Both the position numbers and the translations under genes were made by a program. From positions 1-47,978 of the forward strand of contig JAFDLS010000002.1 of assembly GCA_019306365.1 (NCBI GenBank): a stretch of DNA of 47,978 nt, written 5' to 3'. The DNA comes from Deltaproteobacteria bacterium. GTDB taxonomy: Bacteria > Desulfobacterota > Desulfarculia > Adiutricales > JAFDHD01. Below the pieces are notes generated by a model, which saw only the letters and a program-made list of their open reading frames with translations, searched no databases and was not told the DNA's origin. Below are positions 7,757 to 15,521 of the stretch, piece after piece (within the stretch, counting starts at the first letter, position 1; every line of letters begins with the position of its first letter).

Positions 7757-8254
7757 TTATTCATATCCGTTCATAACATCAATGATCTTATTGGAAGTCA
7801 TTCCGCGATGGGTGTCATCATCAATAACAGTCATTGGGGCTAGGCCGCAAGCGCCCAGACACCGAACAGCCTCTATAGTAAACCTCCTGTCCTCTGTTGT
7901 TTTGCCCACTTCGACATTGTATTCGTGTTGGATTCGATTCAGCGTCTCATTGGCCCCTTTAACAAAACACGCTGTTCCCATACAAACACGGACCGTATGC
8001 CGTCCACGGGGCACCATGGTAAAAAATGAATAAAAGGTGACCACCCCGAAGACAGCGCTGCCCGGAATGCCAATCCCCGTGGCAATGTACTCCTGAATGA
8101 AAACAGGCAAATAACCGCAAACTTCCTGGGTCTCTTGAAGGACGGGAATAAGGGAACCCTGAGTACCCCTTCGGCGGGCGATAATTTCGTCGACCTTGAT
8201 CAACATTTCGTCAGTAATGTCGTCTGGTCTTCTTATAATAGTAGTATGGTTCAT
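7757..8254 (-). CDS. NuoE-like [2Fe-2S] subunit (HydC/HndA type)
   Basis: Contains GSLIPVLQETQ ... VCMGTACFVKG ... AVRCLGACGLAP. Start moved to ATG 8254, which has AAGGAG 8 nt upstream. Confidence 0.9.
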   Translation of the reverse strand: MNHTTIIRRPDDITDEMLIKVDEIIARRRGTQGSLIPVLQETQEVCGYLPVFIQEYIATGIGIPGSAVFGVVTFYSFFTMVPRGRHTVRVCMGTACFVKGANETLNRIQHEYNVEVGKTTEDRRFTIEAVRCLGACGLAPMTVIDDDTHRGMTSNKIIDVMNGYE

Positions 8255-8561
8255 CCGCACGACTCCTTGGTATAACAATCAGTTGTATATGCTGATAGCA
8301 TAAAACCCTGCAGGGGGCAAGGCTTTTTCCTTTAAGTCGCAGCGAATTAAATTTTTTGCAAAAGGTATGTTTTTGTTCGATTTTATTCAAGATACCTTCT
8401 CTATGGTCAGCCCTTGAGAGATAAAATGAATTACGAGGTATTGGGTCTGAAATCAGGTTTGTCTAACAGTGGCTTAAGGGCTTAAATGATAAGCCTTTAC
8501 TTAAAAAAAGAAAGAGACCGGAGAACATCGTCGATCCAGGATGAAAACGTCTTGGTCTAAA

Positions 8562-8592
8562 GTTTTGGATGGCATTTAAGGCCATCCAAAAC
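8562..8592. other. Perfect 12-bp hairpin immediately flanking Family-2 copy B
   Basis: GTTTTGGATGGC-ATTTAAG-GCCATCCAAAAC. It could serve as a weak terminator for the upstream minus-strand methyltransferase operon. Confidence 0.5.
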
Positions 8593-8595
8593 CTT

Positions 8596-8800
8596 GAGAC
8601 CTCTGCAAAACCAGTAATTTTGTTGAAATCGCGGAAGGCGAAAAATTAACCCGCAGGAATATTACCTAGTATTTCGAGGACTTAATTTTGAGCCTGACAT
8701 ATGCCGCTCCAGCGTCAGAGAAGCGGTGCTCAAAACCGCTGCAGCATGAGCGAAGCGGTGTTCATGAGTTCGGCTAAAGGTTGAAGTTTTGCAAGGTCTC
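8596..8800 (-). repeat. Family-2 MITE-like repeat, copy B (longest form, two internal hairpin modules)
   Basis: Ends are GAGACCTCTGCAAAAC ... GTTTTGCAAGGTCTC. The core is the reverse complement of copy E, plus two tandem CCGCT...AGCGG modules. Confidence 0.9.
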
Positions 8801-8875
8801 ACTTTATTAATAGCGTCTAAATCCTTCTTCAATTTTATCTTCGATTTTGGCCAGGCTGTAGTTTTTACAAAAGAT

Positions 8876-9577
8876 TCAATAAGGCTTTTGTGTATAAACG
8901 ACCATGCTTTTAGGGAAAAGGTGGTTGCAGGATTTTTCCCAGCGCTTGAGCCGGTTATCCAGGACGACCCTGTGTAGAAAACGGTGGTATAATTTAGGCA
9001 CCTTAGCCTCCTCGTTGTCTAAACCTGAAAGACACCTGAGAACCCAATAAAGACTGTGGAAGGCATGAGCAAAACTGATGGCGTAAATCTTAAGCCCGCC
9101 GGAAGTAAGCACATGAAAAAGCTGTTTGGGACGATATATCCTTATATGTCCGCCTGGCGTGCGAAAATATTTCCAGGACAGCCGTTTGTATACATGTTCC
9201 GTAAAAGGCGTGGGTACGGTCACGGCTAATACTCCTCCGGGCTTGAGCACCCGGTAAAACTCAGCTACGACCCCCCGGTCGTCCGGGATATGCTCCATCA
9301 CCTCGGCACAGATGATCCTGTCAAAAGTGGCATCCTGAAAAGGCAGTCTAAGGGTGTCGCCCCGGATGAACAGGGCCGGCCCATTAGTGTCACCCTGCTT
9401 GACCATTTCTCGAAATACATACTGGGCTTTACCAACGCTTTGATAATCAAAATCCAGGCCAAAGACCTTGCAGCCGGCCCGGTTTAACGCAAAGGTATGA
9501 CGGCCTTCACCACAGCCGGCGTCCAGAATAAAATCTCCCGGCTGAGGGTTGAATTTTTTAAAATCAACGGTAAGCAC
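8876..9577 (-). CDS. Class I SAM-dependent methyltransferase
   Basis: ILDAGCGEGRHT (motif I) and VLKPGGVL (post-I/II). Overlaps the upstream GT gene by 14 nt. Confidence 0.8.
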   Translation of the reverse strand: MLTVDFKKFNPQPGDFILDAGCGEGRHTFALNRAGCKVFGLDFDYQSVGKAQYVFREMVKQGDTNGPALFIRGDTLRLPFQDATFDRIICAEVMEHIPDDRGVVAEFYRVLKPGGVLAVTVPTPFTEHVYKRLSWKYFRTPGGHIRIYRPKQLFHVLTSGGLKIYAISFAHAFHSLYWVLRCLSGLDNEEAKVPKLYHRFLHRVVLDNRLKRWEKSCNHLFPKSMVVYTQKPY

Positions 9578-10826
9578 TCATAACCTCACGGTACGCCTGC
9601 ACCAGTTGCCTGGCTGCCATATCCCAGCTGAAGACGTCAATTATGCGCTGGCGGGCGGCGTGTCCCATCTCCAGGCATTTTGCCGGGTCTTTGAGGAGAC
9701 CATTGATGGCTTCGGCCAGGCGATCCGGGTTTCGGGGCGGGACCAGACAGCCGGTTTCTTCCGTGGAACCGATTACCTCTGGCAGAGCGCCGGCCGTCGT
9801 GGCCACGACAGGCAGTTCGCAAGCCATGGCTTCAGCGGCCGGGAAACCGAATCCCTCATAAAGAGAAGGCACCACGGCCAGCTGAGCGGACGAATACCAT
9901 TTGACCAGTTCCCCCTGGTCGACCTGTCCGGTAATGTGCACTCGATCCTCCAGCCCATAATGCTGGATTATATCTTGACTTGAAATTCGCGGAGGAGTTC
10001 CGCCATTTACTATGATCAGGTGGATGTTCGGGTCCATAAGAGGCATGGCCTGGAGAACATATTCAATACCCTTTTTGGGATCCGCCACGTTACCCACGAA
10101 TATGATCCGTTTGGGTACTTTTTCCACTTCAGGGACAGGTCGAAAAATTGAAGCGTCCAAACCGTTGTAAACAACTCGAATCTTTTTCGCGTCCACCCCA
10201 AAGGCTTTCTGAATTTGGACGGCTGAGTCCTCAGAAACCGTTATGATTCCATCTAAACGGTTAGCCACAAGCCTCTGCATAACCAGCGGGTAGTACAGCA
10301 GTCTTTTGATCTTTGATTTAAGCGAGTGCGGCTGTTCAAACCAGACTTGTCTGTCAATGGAAAGGGGATGATGAATGGTGGATACCAGAGGAATGCCAAA
10401 ATGCTTCATTAAAAGGAAACCATAGCCCAGGCATTGGTTGTCGTGAATAATATCGTACCTTTCATGCTTTAATATTTCCCGGAGACGGAAGTATGCTCTG
10501 AAGCTAAAGGCTTTTATCTCAGGGAAAACACCCATTCTGGAAGCTGTATACTCGTAAAAATGAAGAGGGTTTAGAAATTCTTTGGCTGAGGTCCTCGCCA
10601 GGATCTCCGCGGAGGAGGAGCCAAAGTAAATGTTGTTTTGGATATGGTCAACACTTGCTCCATTCATGAATATGGGGTAAGGAGGCCCCACAAGGGCATG
10701 AACTTCGTGCCCCAGTTTTCTTAGTTCTTGGGCCAGATATTGAAGGTAAATCCCTTGCCCTCCGCAGTAAGGGTTACCACGATAGCTCAATAGGCAGATT
10801 TTCAGTTTGTCTTTGTGGTAATGCAT
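9564..10826 (-). CDS. Glycosyltransferase, GT4 / group 1 (GT-B fold)
   Basis: C-terminal EGFGFPAAEAMACELPVVAT (E-x7-E region). N-terminus KICLLSYRGNPYCGGQGIYL is paralogous to the neighbouring GT. Confidence 0.8.
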   Translation of the reverse strand: MHYHKDKLKICLLSYRGNPYCGGQGIYLQYLAQELRKLGHEVHALVGPPYPIFMNGASVDHIQNNIYFGSSSAEILARTSAKEFLNPLHFYEYTASRMGVFPEIKAFSFRAYFRLREILKHERYDIIHDNQCLGYGFLLMKHFGIPLVSTIHHPLSIDRQVWFEQPHSLKSKIKRLLYYPLVMQRLVANRLDGIITVSEDSAVQIQKAFGVDAKKIRVVYNGLDASIFRPVPEVEKVPKRIIFVGNVADPKKGIEYVLQAMPLMDPNIHLIIVNGGTPPRISSQDIIQHYGLEDRVHITGQVDQGELVKWYSSAQLAVVPSLYEGFGFPAAEAMACELPVVATTAGALPEVIGSTEETGCLVPPRNPDRLAEAINGLLKDPAKCLEMGHAARQRIIDVFSWDMAARQLVQAYREVMSAYR

Positions 10827-12103
10827 TGCGATTTTCCTTTCGGAAAAGGTGCCGCTTGTCGAGACGTATGCTGATTAATCAATTGCTGGTAAATTTGAAC
10901 TGTATTTTCAGCTGTCCGGTCCCAACTGAACAGGCGCTCAACGCGTCTACGCGCTCGCAGACCAAGTTCCCTTGAAAAATTAGGTTGAGAAATGAGTTTA
11001 TTAATCGCTTCACTTAGAGCATGTGGATTCTTCGGAGGCACCAAAAGTCCCCCTTCCTGGTCATCTCCAACCACCTCCGGCAGGGAACCGGATCTGGTAG
11101 TGACGACCGGTGTCCCGCAGGCCATTGCCTCGGCCACCGGAAGACCAAAACCCTCAAATAATGAAGGCATCACCAACACCTGAGTCCGTCGATATCTTTC
11201 GACCAGTTCAGCTTCGGTTAATCTCCCGGTGAAAGTGACCCGGTCTTCGAGACCCATGGACCTGACAAGGCCTGGCGCATAATGCTTATCCGGCTCTCCT
11301 TGATCGACTACCGTAAGGATTACTCCCGAAGGCAGATCTGACATAGCCTCCAGAAGATAACGTATTCCTTTTCTCGGGTCCTCGGCATTGCCTACGAAAA
11401 GAATTTCTTTAGGGTCTCTTTCAAGTGAAGGGTCCGGTGAAAATGTGGCTGCGTTCACTCCCGTGTAAACCAGATGAATTTTATTCGTTTTTACTCGAAA
11501 GGCCTCGTTTAATTCTTTCAGGCCGACTTGGGAGGAAGTGATCATCCCGTCGATCCTGCGGGCCACAAGACCCTGCATTAATAGAGGATAAAAGACCGTG
11601 TTGTGATATCGTTCCCGCCAGGAGGTGGCGCGCGGTAAAAACGCCGCCAGGTCACGACGCAGCGTGTGATGAACCGTCGATACTGTGGGCGTTCCCAGGG
11701 TCCGGGCCAGAAGGAGACCAAACCCCAGAGTCTCAACATCGTGAAGCACATCAAAAGGCCGGTCCTGGTGAAGTTCTTTAAATTTTAAAGCCGCTCTTAT
11801 ACTAAAGGCCAGAGGTTCAGGGCAGTAACCCGTCCTGCTGGCCACATATTCAAAAAAATTGAGCGGAGTAAAAAGGCTTTTCAGATCGTGTAAAAGAAGA
11901 AGATCCTTTACCTTAACGCCCCATAAATGCTTGTTAGGGAGCCTGATTTCCCGAACCTGAGGCATGGGATTAGGGTAGGGGGGACCAACGAGCGCGGTGA
12001 CATCGTGTCCCTGTTTCACTAAAGCCTGGCTCAAATTAGCAAGATATATCCCTTGCCCGCCGCAAAAAGGATTTCCGCGATAACATTGTAAGCAAATTCT
12101 CAT
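10802..12103 (-). CDS. Glycosyltransferase, GT4 / group 1 (paralogue of 9564-10826)
   Basis: MRICLQCYRGNPFCGGQGIYL ... EGFGLPVAEAMACGTPVVTT. Confidence 0.8.
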   Translation of the reverse strand: MRICLQCYRGNPFCGGQGIYLANLSQALVKQGHDVTALVGPPYPNPMPQVREIRLPNKHLWGVKVKDLLLLHDLKSLFTPLNFFEYVASRTGYCPEPLAFSIRAALKFKELHQDRPFDVLHDVETLGFGLLLARTLGTPTVSTVHHTLRRDLAAFLPRATSWRERYHNTVFYPLLMQGLVARRIDGMITSSQVGLKELNEAFRVKTNKIHLVYTGVNAATFSPDPSLERDPKEILFVGNAEDPRKGIRYLLEAMSDLPSGVILTVVDQGEPDKHYAPGLVRSMGLEDRVTFTGRLTEAELVERYRRTQVLVMPSLFEGFGLPVAEAMACGTPVVTTRSGSLPEVVGDDQEGGLLVPPKNPHALSEAINKLISQPNFSRELGLRARRRVERLFSWDRTAENTVQIYQQLINQHTSRQAAPFPKGKSQCITTKTN

Positions 12104-12116
12104 GCCCTGAGCCGGT

Positions 12117-13181
12117 TCAATCTTTTTGAAGGTTTACCTGAGGCTCGACCTGAATTGTTAATAATGTCCAGCCAATCCAGAATCCAAGCCCTAAGAGCCA
12201 AAAAAATCCGATGGCCACAGGAATGGCGAGGGCCCACCAATTTTTAGCAAAAATACCAACCAGGAACAAAAGGGCGGCTAAAAAAGTGACCAAACAAAGG
12301 ACCAACCCTTGAATACGGGAATACTTGTTCATTATCTTAACTCCAATCTTCTTTTCATTTCTTTCTACTTCCGATTTCTTTTCAAAGGATTTATTGCCTT
12401 CATCAGGGACTCGTTCAATGCGAAACACCAGCACATCGGCCAAGCTGGGGCAGGTTCGGGCTATCGAGTTCAGGGTATTCAAGATTCCTTTAGACGCCCT
12501 TGCAGGCAGGATTTTCAAGAACTTTCCCCACTTCGGGAAACCCCAAAACATGGAAACCCCAAATTCCTGATCAATGCGAGATTCCTCGGGGATCAATTTC
12601 AGTAGAAATGGGTAGTTGAACTCATAAACATGGTCATCGGGTTTGTCCCAGATGTGAGGCGCTGATAGCTCCCGGCCCTTGATAGCTTTATGAATTCGAT
12701 TGTAAAGTTTAGCCGACCTAAAACCAAGGTTGCTGAAGTTGGCCACCGAGATAATCAAACGGCCGCCAGGCTTGAGTACCCTGACCATCTCTTGTATGGC
12801 CTTGCCCGGATCATAAAAATGATCGATAGCCCCTTTACAAATGACCTTATTGAAACTCTTGTCCGCGTAAGGGAGATTTTCAGCGCTGCCGCATGCCAGC
12901 CGGGGAGGAATGCTCTGGGCTATAAAATTTTCCGCAGCCCGTTCTATCATCACACGCGAGCCGTCGAAACCAAAGAGGATTGCGCCCTTTGCGCCCAAAG
13001 AGAGCAGGTCCAGGGCGCGGCCGCATCCCACGTCCAGAATTAGTTCGTCCGGGCTGGCATCCACCGCTTCCAGCGTTTGGCCAGTCATCTGGTCGATCAG
13101 GTATGCCGTGTCCGGATTGATAGTGTCCGGGATCACACCTTCATCATCCCATTTTTTATCTATCAGTTCCTGATTCGTCAC
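12117..13181 (-). CDS. SAM-dependent methyltransferase fused to a C-terminal two-helix membrane anchor
   Basis: ILDVGCGRALD and VLKPGGRL motifs. A Lys/Glu-rich linker is followed by about 70 hydrophobic residues (LVLCLVTFLAALLFLVGIF ... AIPVAIGFFWLLGLGFWIGW). An in-frame ATG at 12332 has its own GGAG. Confidence 0.7.
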   Translation of the reverse strand: MTNQELIDKKWDDEGVIPDTINPDTAYLIDQMTGQTLEAVDASPDELILDVGCGRALDLLSLGAKGAILFGFDGSRVMIERAAENFIAQSIPPRLACGSAENLPYADKSFNKVICKGAIDHFYDPGKAIQEMVRVLKPGGRLIISVANFSNLGFRSAKLYNRIHKAIKGRELSAPHIWDKPDDHVYEFNYPFLLKLIPEESRIDQEFGVSMFWGFPKWGKFLKILPARASKGILNTLNSIARTCPSLADVLVFRIERVPDEGNKSFEKKSEVERNEKKIGVKIMNKYSRIQGLVLCLVTFLAALLFLVGIFAKNWWALAIPVAIGFFWLLGLGFWIGWTLLTIQVEPQVNLQKD

Positions 13182-13451
13182 AAAAGCGTTCCTGTTTTCA
13201 CACGTGTTAAAAAAGAAAAAGGAATTTTGATTGCATTAAATCTAAGCCAAGGGTTTATGCCATCCTTTTAGGAATGAATAAACCGATTAACAATAATACA
13301 ATCTACTCCCTAATTTCAATACCCTTTAAGCGGGGTTAGGAAAATTATTTTTAGCCCTTGATATTTGCACCATCGAGAAAGAAGAAAATTATCGACAACG
13401 CTTCGGGCGATTTCAGGTCAATCAATCATCCGCATGATTTTATTTTGATTG

Positions 13452-14381
13452 TTAAACCGTCGGCCGGGGCAATAACCCGGCAGCTTCCACGATTTCAGGA
13501 ACCCTTTCTTCCCATTCAATCGCCATTAAATGTACACCGGCTACACCGGGGATCTCCTTGAGAATTTGAATCTGATCAAGGAGGATGTTGATGCCCTCTT
13601 TACTCTGCCCCCCTTTTTCCACGCCTTTTAAACGGTTAATTATTTCGTCTGGAACGTCCATACCCGGGACGGATTTTTGCATGTAACGAGCCATACCAAG
13701 GGACTTCATAGGAGTAATCCCGGCCAGGACATGAACCTTTTCGGTTAAACCCATGTCGTGTGCCTGTTTCATGTACTCTTTAAATTTGTCCATGTTGTAA
13801 ATACACTGGGTTTGAACAAAATCGACACCCGCCGCGATTTTCTTGGCCAGACGGTAAACCCTGTATTCAAAAGGGTCGGCAAAGGGATTAACTGCCGCGC
13901 CGATAAACAGCCTGGGTTCAGTACCTTCCGCCATCTCTTGGCCTGAGATGAGTTTCCCTTCATCTCTCATCATCTTTACGGTCTGGATAAGCTGAATTGA
14001 GTCCAGATCGAAAACGTTTTTAGCTTCCGGGTGATCACCGAATTTTTGATGGTCACCGGAAAGGCAGAGCATGTTGCGGATACCGAGGGCCGTTGCTCCC
14101 AAAACGTCAGACTGAATGGCAATGCGGTTTCGGTCCCGGCAAACCATCTGCATGTTTGCTTCGACGCCTTCCTCCTGAAGGATCAGAGATCCGGCCAGGC
14201 TGGACATTCGGACCACGCTGGTCTGATTGTCGGTTACGTTTACCGAATCAACGTATCCTTTAAGATATTTTGCCTTTTCTCTAACAACGCTGGCATCCGC
14301 GCTGCGCGGCGGGCCACATTCACCGGTTATAACGAATTCGCCTGCATTTAGAAGTTTTTCAAGATTGCTGCCCGATTTCAT
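13452..14381 (-). CDS. metF: Methylenetetrahydrofolate reductase
   Basis: 309 aa, with ...VNVTDNQ...MVCRDRNR...CLSGDH... typical of the MTHFR TIM barrel. Overlaps the metV stop (ATGA). Confidence 0.85.
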   Translation of the reverse strand: MKSGSNLEKLLNAGEFVITGECGPPRSADASVVREKAKYLKGYVDSVNVTDNQTSVVRMSSLAGSLILQEEGVEANMQMVCRDRNRIAIQSDVLGATALGIRNMLCLSGDHQKFGDHPEAKNVFDLDSIQLIQTVKMMRDEGKLISGQEMAEGTEPRLFIGAAVNPFADPFEYRVYRLAKKIAAGVDFVQTQCIYNMDKFKEYMKQAHDMGLTEKVHVLAGITPMKSLGMARYMQKSVPGMDVPDEIINRLKGVEKGGQSKEGINILLDQIQILKEIPGVAGVHLMAIEWEERVPEIVEAAGLLPRPTV

Positions 14382-15046
14382 ATTTTTAAGTCCTCCCTAA
14401 CTATCTTGCGAGGACCGCCGTCGCGACTTGTGGTCCAATTTTTGAGTGGTTTAACTTGCGTTAACTGATCCAACTTACCTTGCTTCATTAGTTTGTTTAC
14501 AATAAGGTGCCAGACACAGTCAATTTCTTTGTCGACCTCACACTTGCCATCCGCCGATCCCCCGCAGGGCCCGTTTAGAAGGCTCTTTGAACAGCGGGCA
14601 ATGGGACAGTAACCGCCAAACAGGTGGATTTTACAATCCCCGCAGGCCTGGCAGAACTCGGCCCAGACGCCATGCTCTTGGGCTCCGCCCATGAAACATG
14701 TATTCAGGGCCGGATAAACTATGGCCTCAGGGAATTTTTCAGAAATATACTGCGGGCCAATGCTGCACGCCATGGATAGAATAATGTCGTAATTGGCTGC
14801 GCGTTCTTCAAGAATTTCAATGTATTCCGGATCACACTGACGCTCTAAGGTCATCTCATCAATTTCAATGGGATTGTCTTCTTTTAGCCTGGCTAAACGG
14901 AGAGTAGCGGCCAGAATACCTACTTCCTTGGTTCCACCGGCATTACAGACCGTGACACAGCCCTTGCAACCCACAATGAGAATCTTCTTCGCATCCTTGA
15001 CCATCTCCAGAATTTCATCTAGTGGTTTTCTTTCTCCTACTATCAT
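14378..15046 (-). CDS. metV: Methylene-THF reductase-associated Cys-rich subunit (MetV-like)
   Basis: 222 aa with an N-terminal VGCKGCVTVCNAGG and a Cys-rich C-terminal half (CQACGDC ... CPIARC ... GPCGG). Lies directly upstream of metF. Confidence 0.75.
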   Translation of the reverse strand: MIVGERKPLDEILEMVKDAKKILIVGCKGCVTVCNAGGTKEVGILAATLRLARLKEDNPIEIDEMTLERQCDPEYIEILEERAANYDIILSMACSIGPQYISEKFPEAIVYPALNTCFMGGAQEHGVWAEFCQACGDCKIHLFGGYCPIARCSKSLLNGPCGGSADGKCEVDKEIDCVWHLIVNKLMKQGKLDQLTQVKPLKNWTTSRDGGPRKIVREDLKI

Positions 15047-15067
15047 TAATATTCCTCTGCGTATCTC

Positions 15068-15496
15068 TTAGGCCGCCTGGTCCTTTGGTTTAATAAACGG
15101 GCTAGGCCCCAGCTCTTGAATTTTGGATTTAAACTCTTCAGCCACCTGCACAAAACGCGGTCCGTCAGCGGCGGACATGTTGTACATCGCCACCCGTTCC
15201 GGTTCCACTCCCATACTTTCCAATACCTTCTGGACGTATTCCACCCTTCTTCGCGCCTTGAGGTTGCCGGTAAGATAATGGCAATCTCCTTCCATACAGC
15301 CAGCCACGTAAACTCCGTCGGCTCCATCCTCAAAAGCCTTAAGAAGGTGCAGGATATCTACTCGACCGGTACATGGAACCATGATTATTTTAACATTGGG
15401 TGAGTATTGCAGTCTCATCGAACCTGCCAGGTCCGCAGCGGAATAAGCTCAGAACTGACAGCAATATGCAATTATTTTCGGTTCAAACTCAGCCAT
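15068..15496 (-). CDS. mvhD: MvhD-like (methyl-viologen-reducing hydrogenase delta subunit family) protein, predicted selenoprotein
   Basis: Extending the 116-aa ORF upstream gives MAEFEPKIIAYCCQF-[TGA]-AYSAADLAGSMRLQYSPNVKIIMVPCTGRVD. The TGA (15449-15451) sits where MvhD/VhuD has the second Cys of the CCNWCxY motif. The ATG is at 15496, 25 nt after the hdrA-fusion stop. Confidence 0.75.
15419..15435 (-). promoter_or_regulatory. Candidate bacterial SECIS hairpin downstream of the mvhD UGA
   Basis: CGGACC-UGGCA-GGUUCG: a 6-bp stem with one G.U pair and a GG-containing loop, starting 14 nt after the UGA. The stem is short, so this is tentative. Confidence 0.35.
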
Positions 15497-15521
15497 TTTT
15501 ATTACCTCATCTTATTAAATC

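Noticed and set aside
15046-15333. A 95-aa ORF in another frame of the mvhD region.
   Set aside because: It overlaps the conserved MvhD frame and has no recognisable domain. The MvhD frame explains the region once the UGA is read as Sec.
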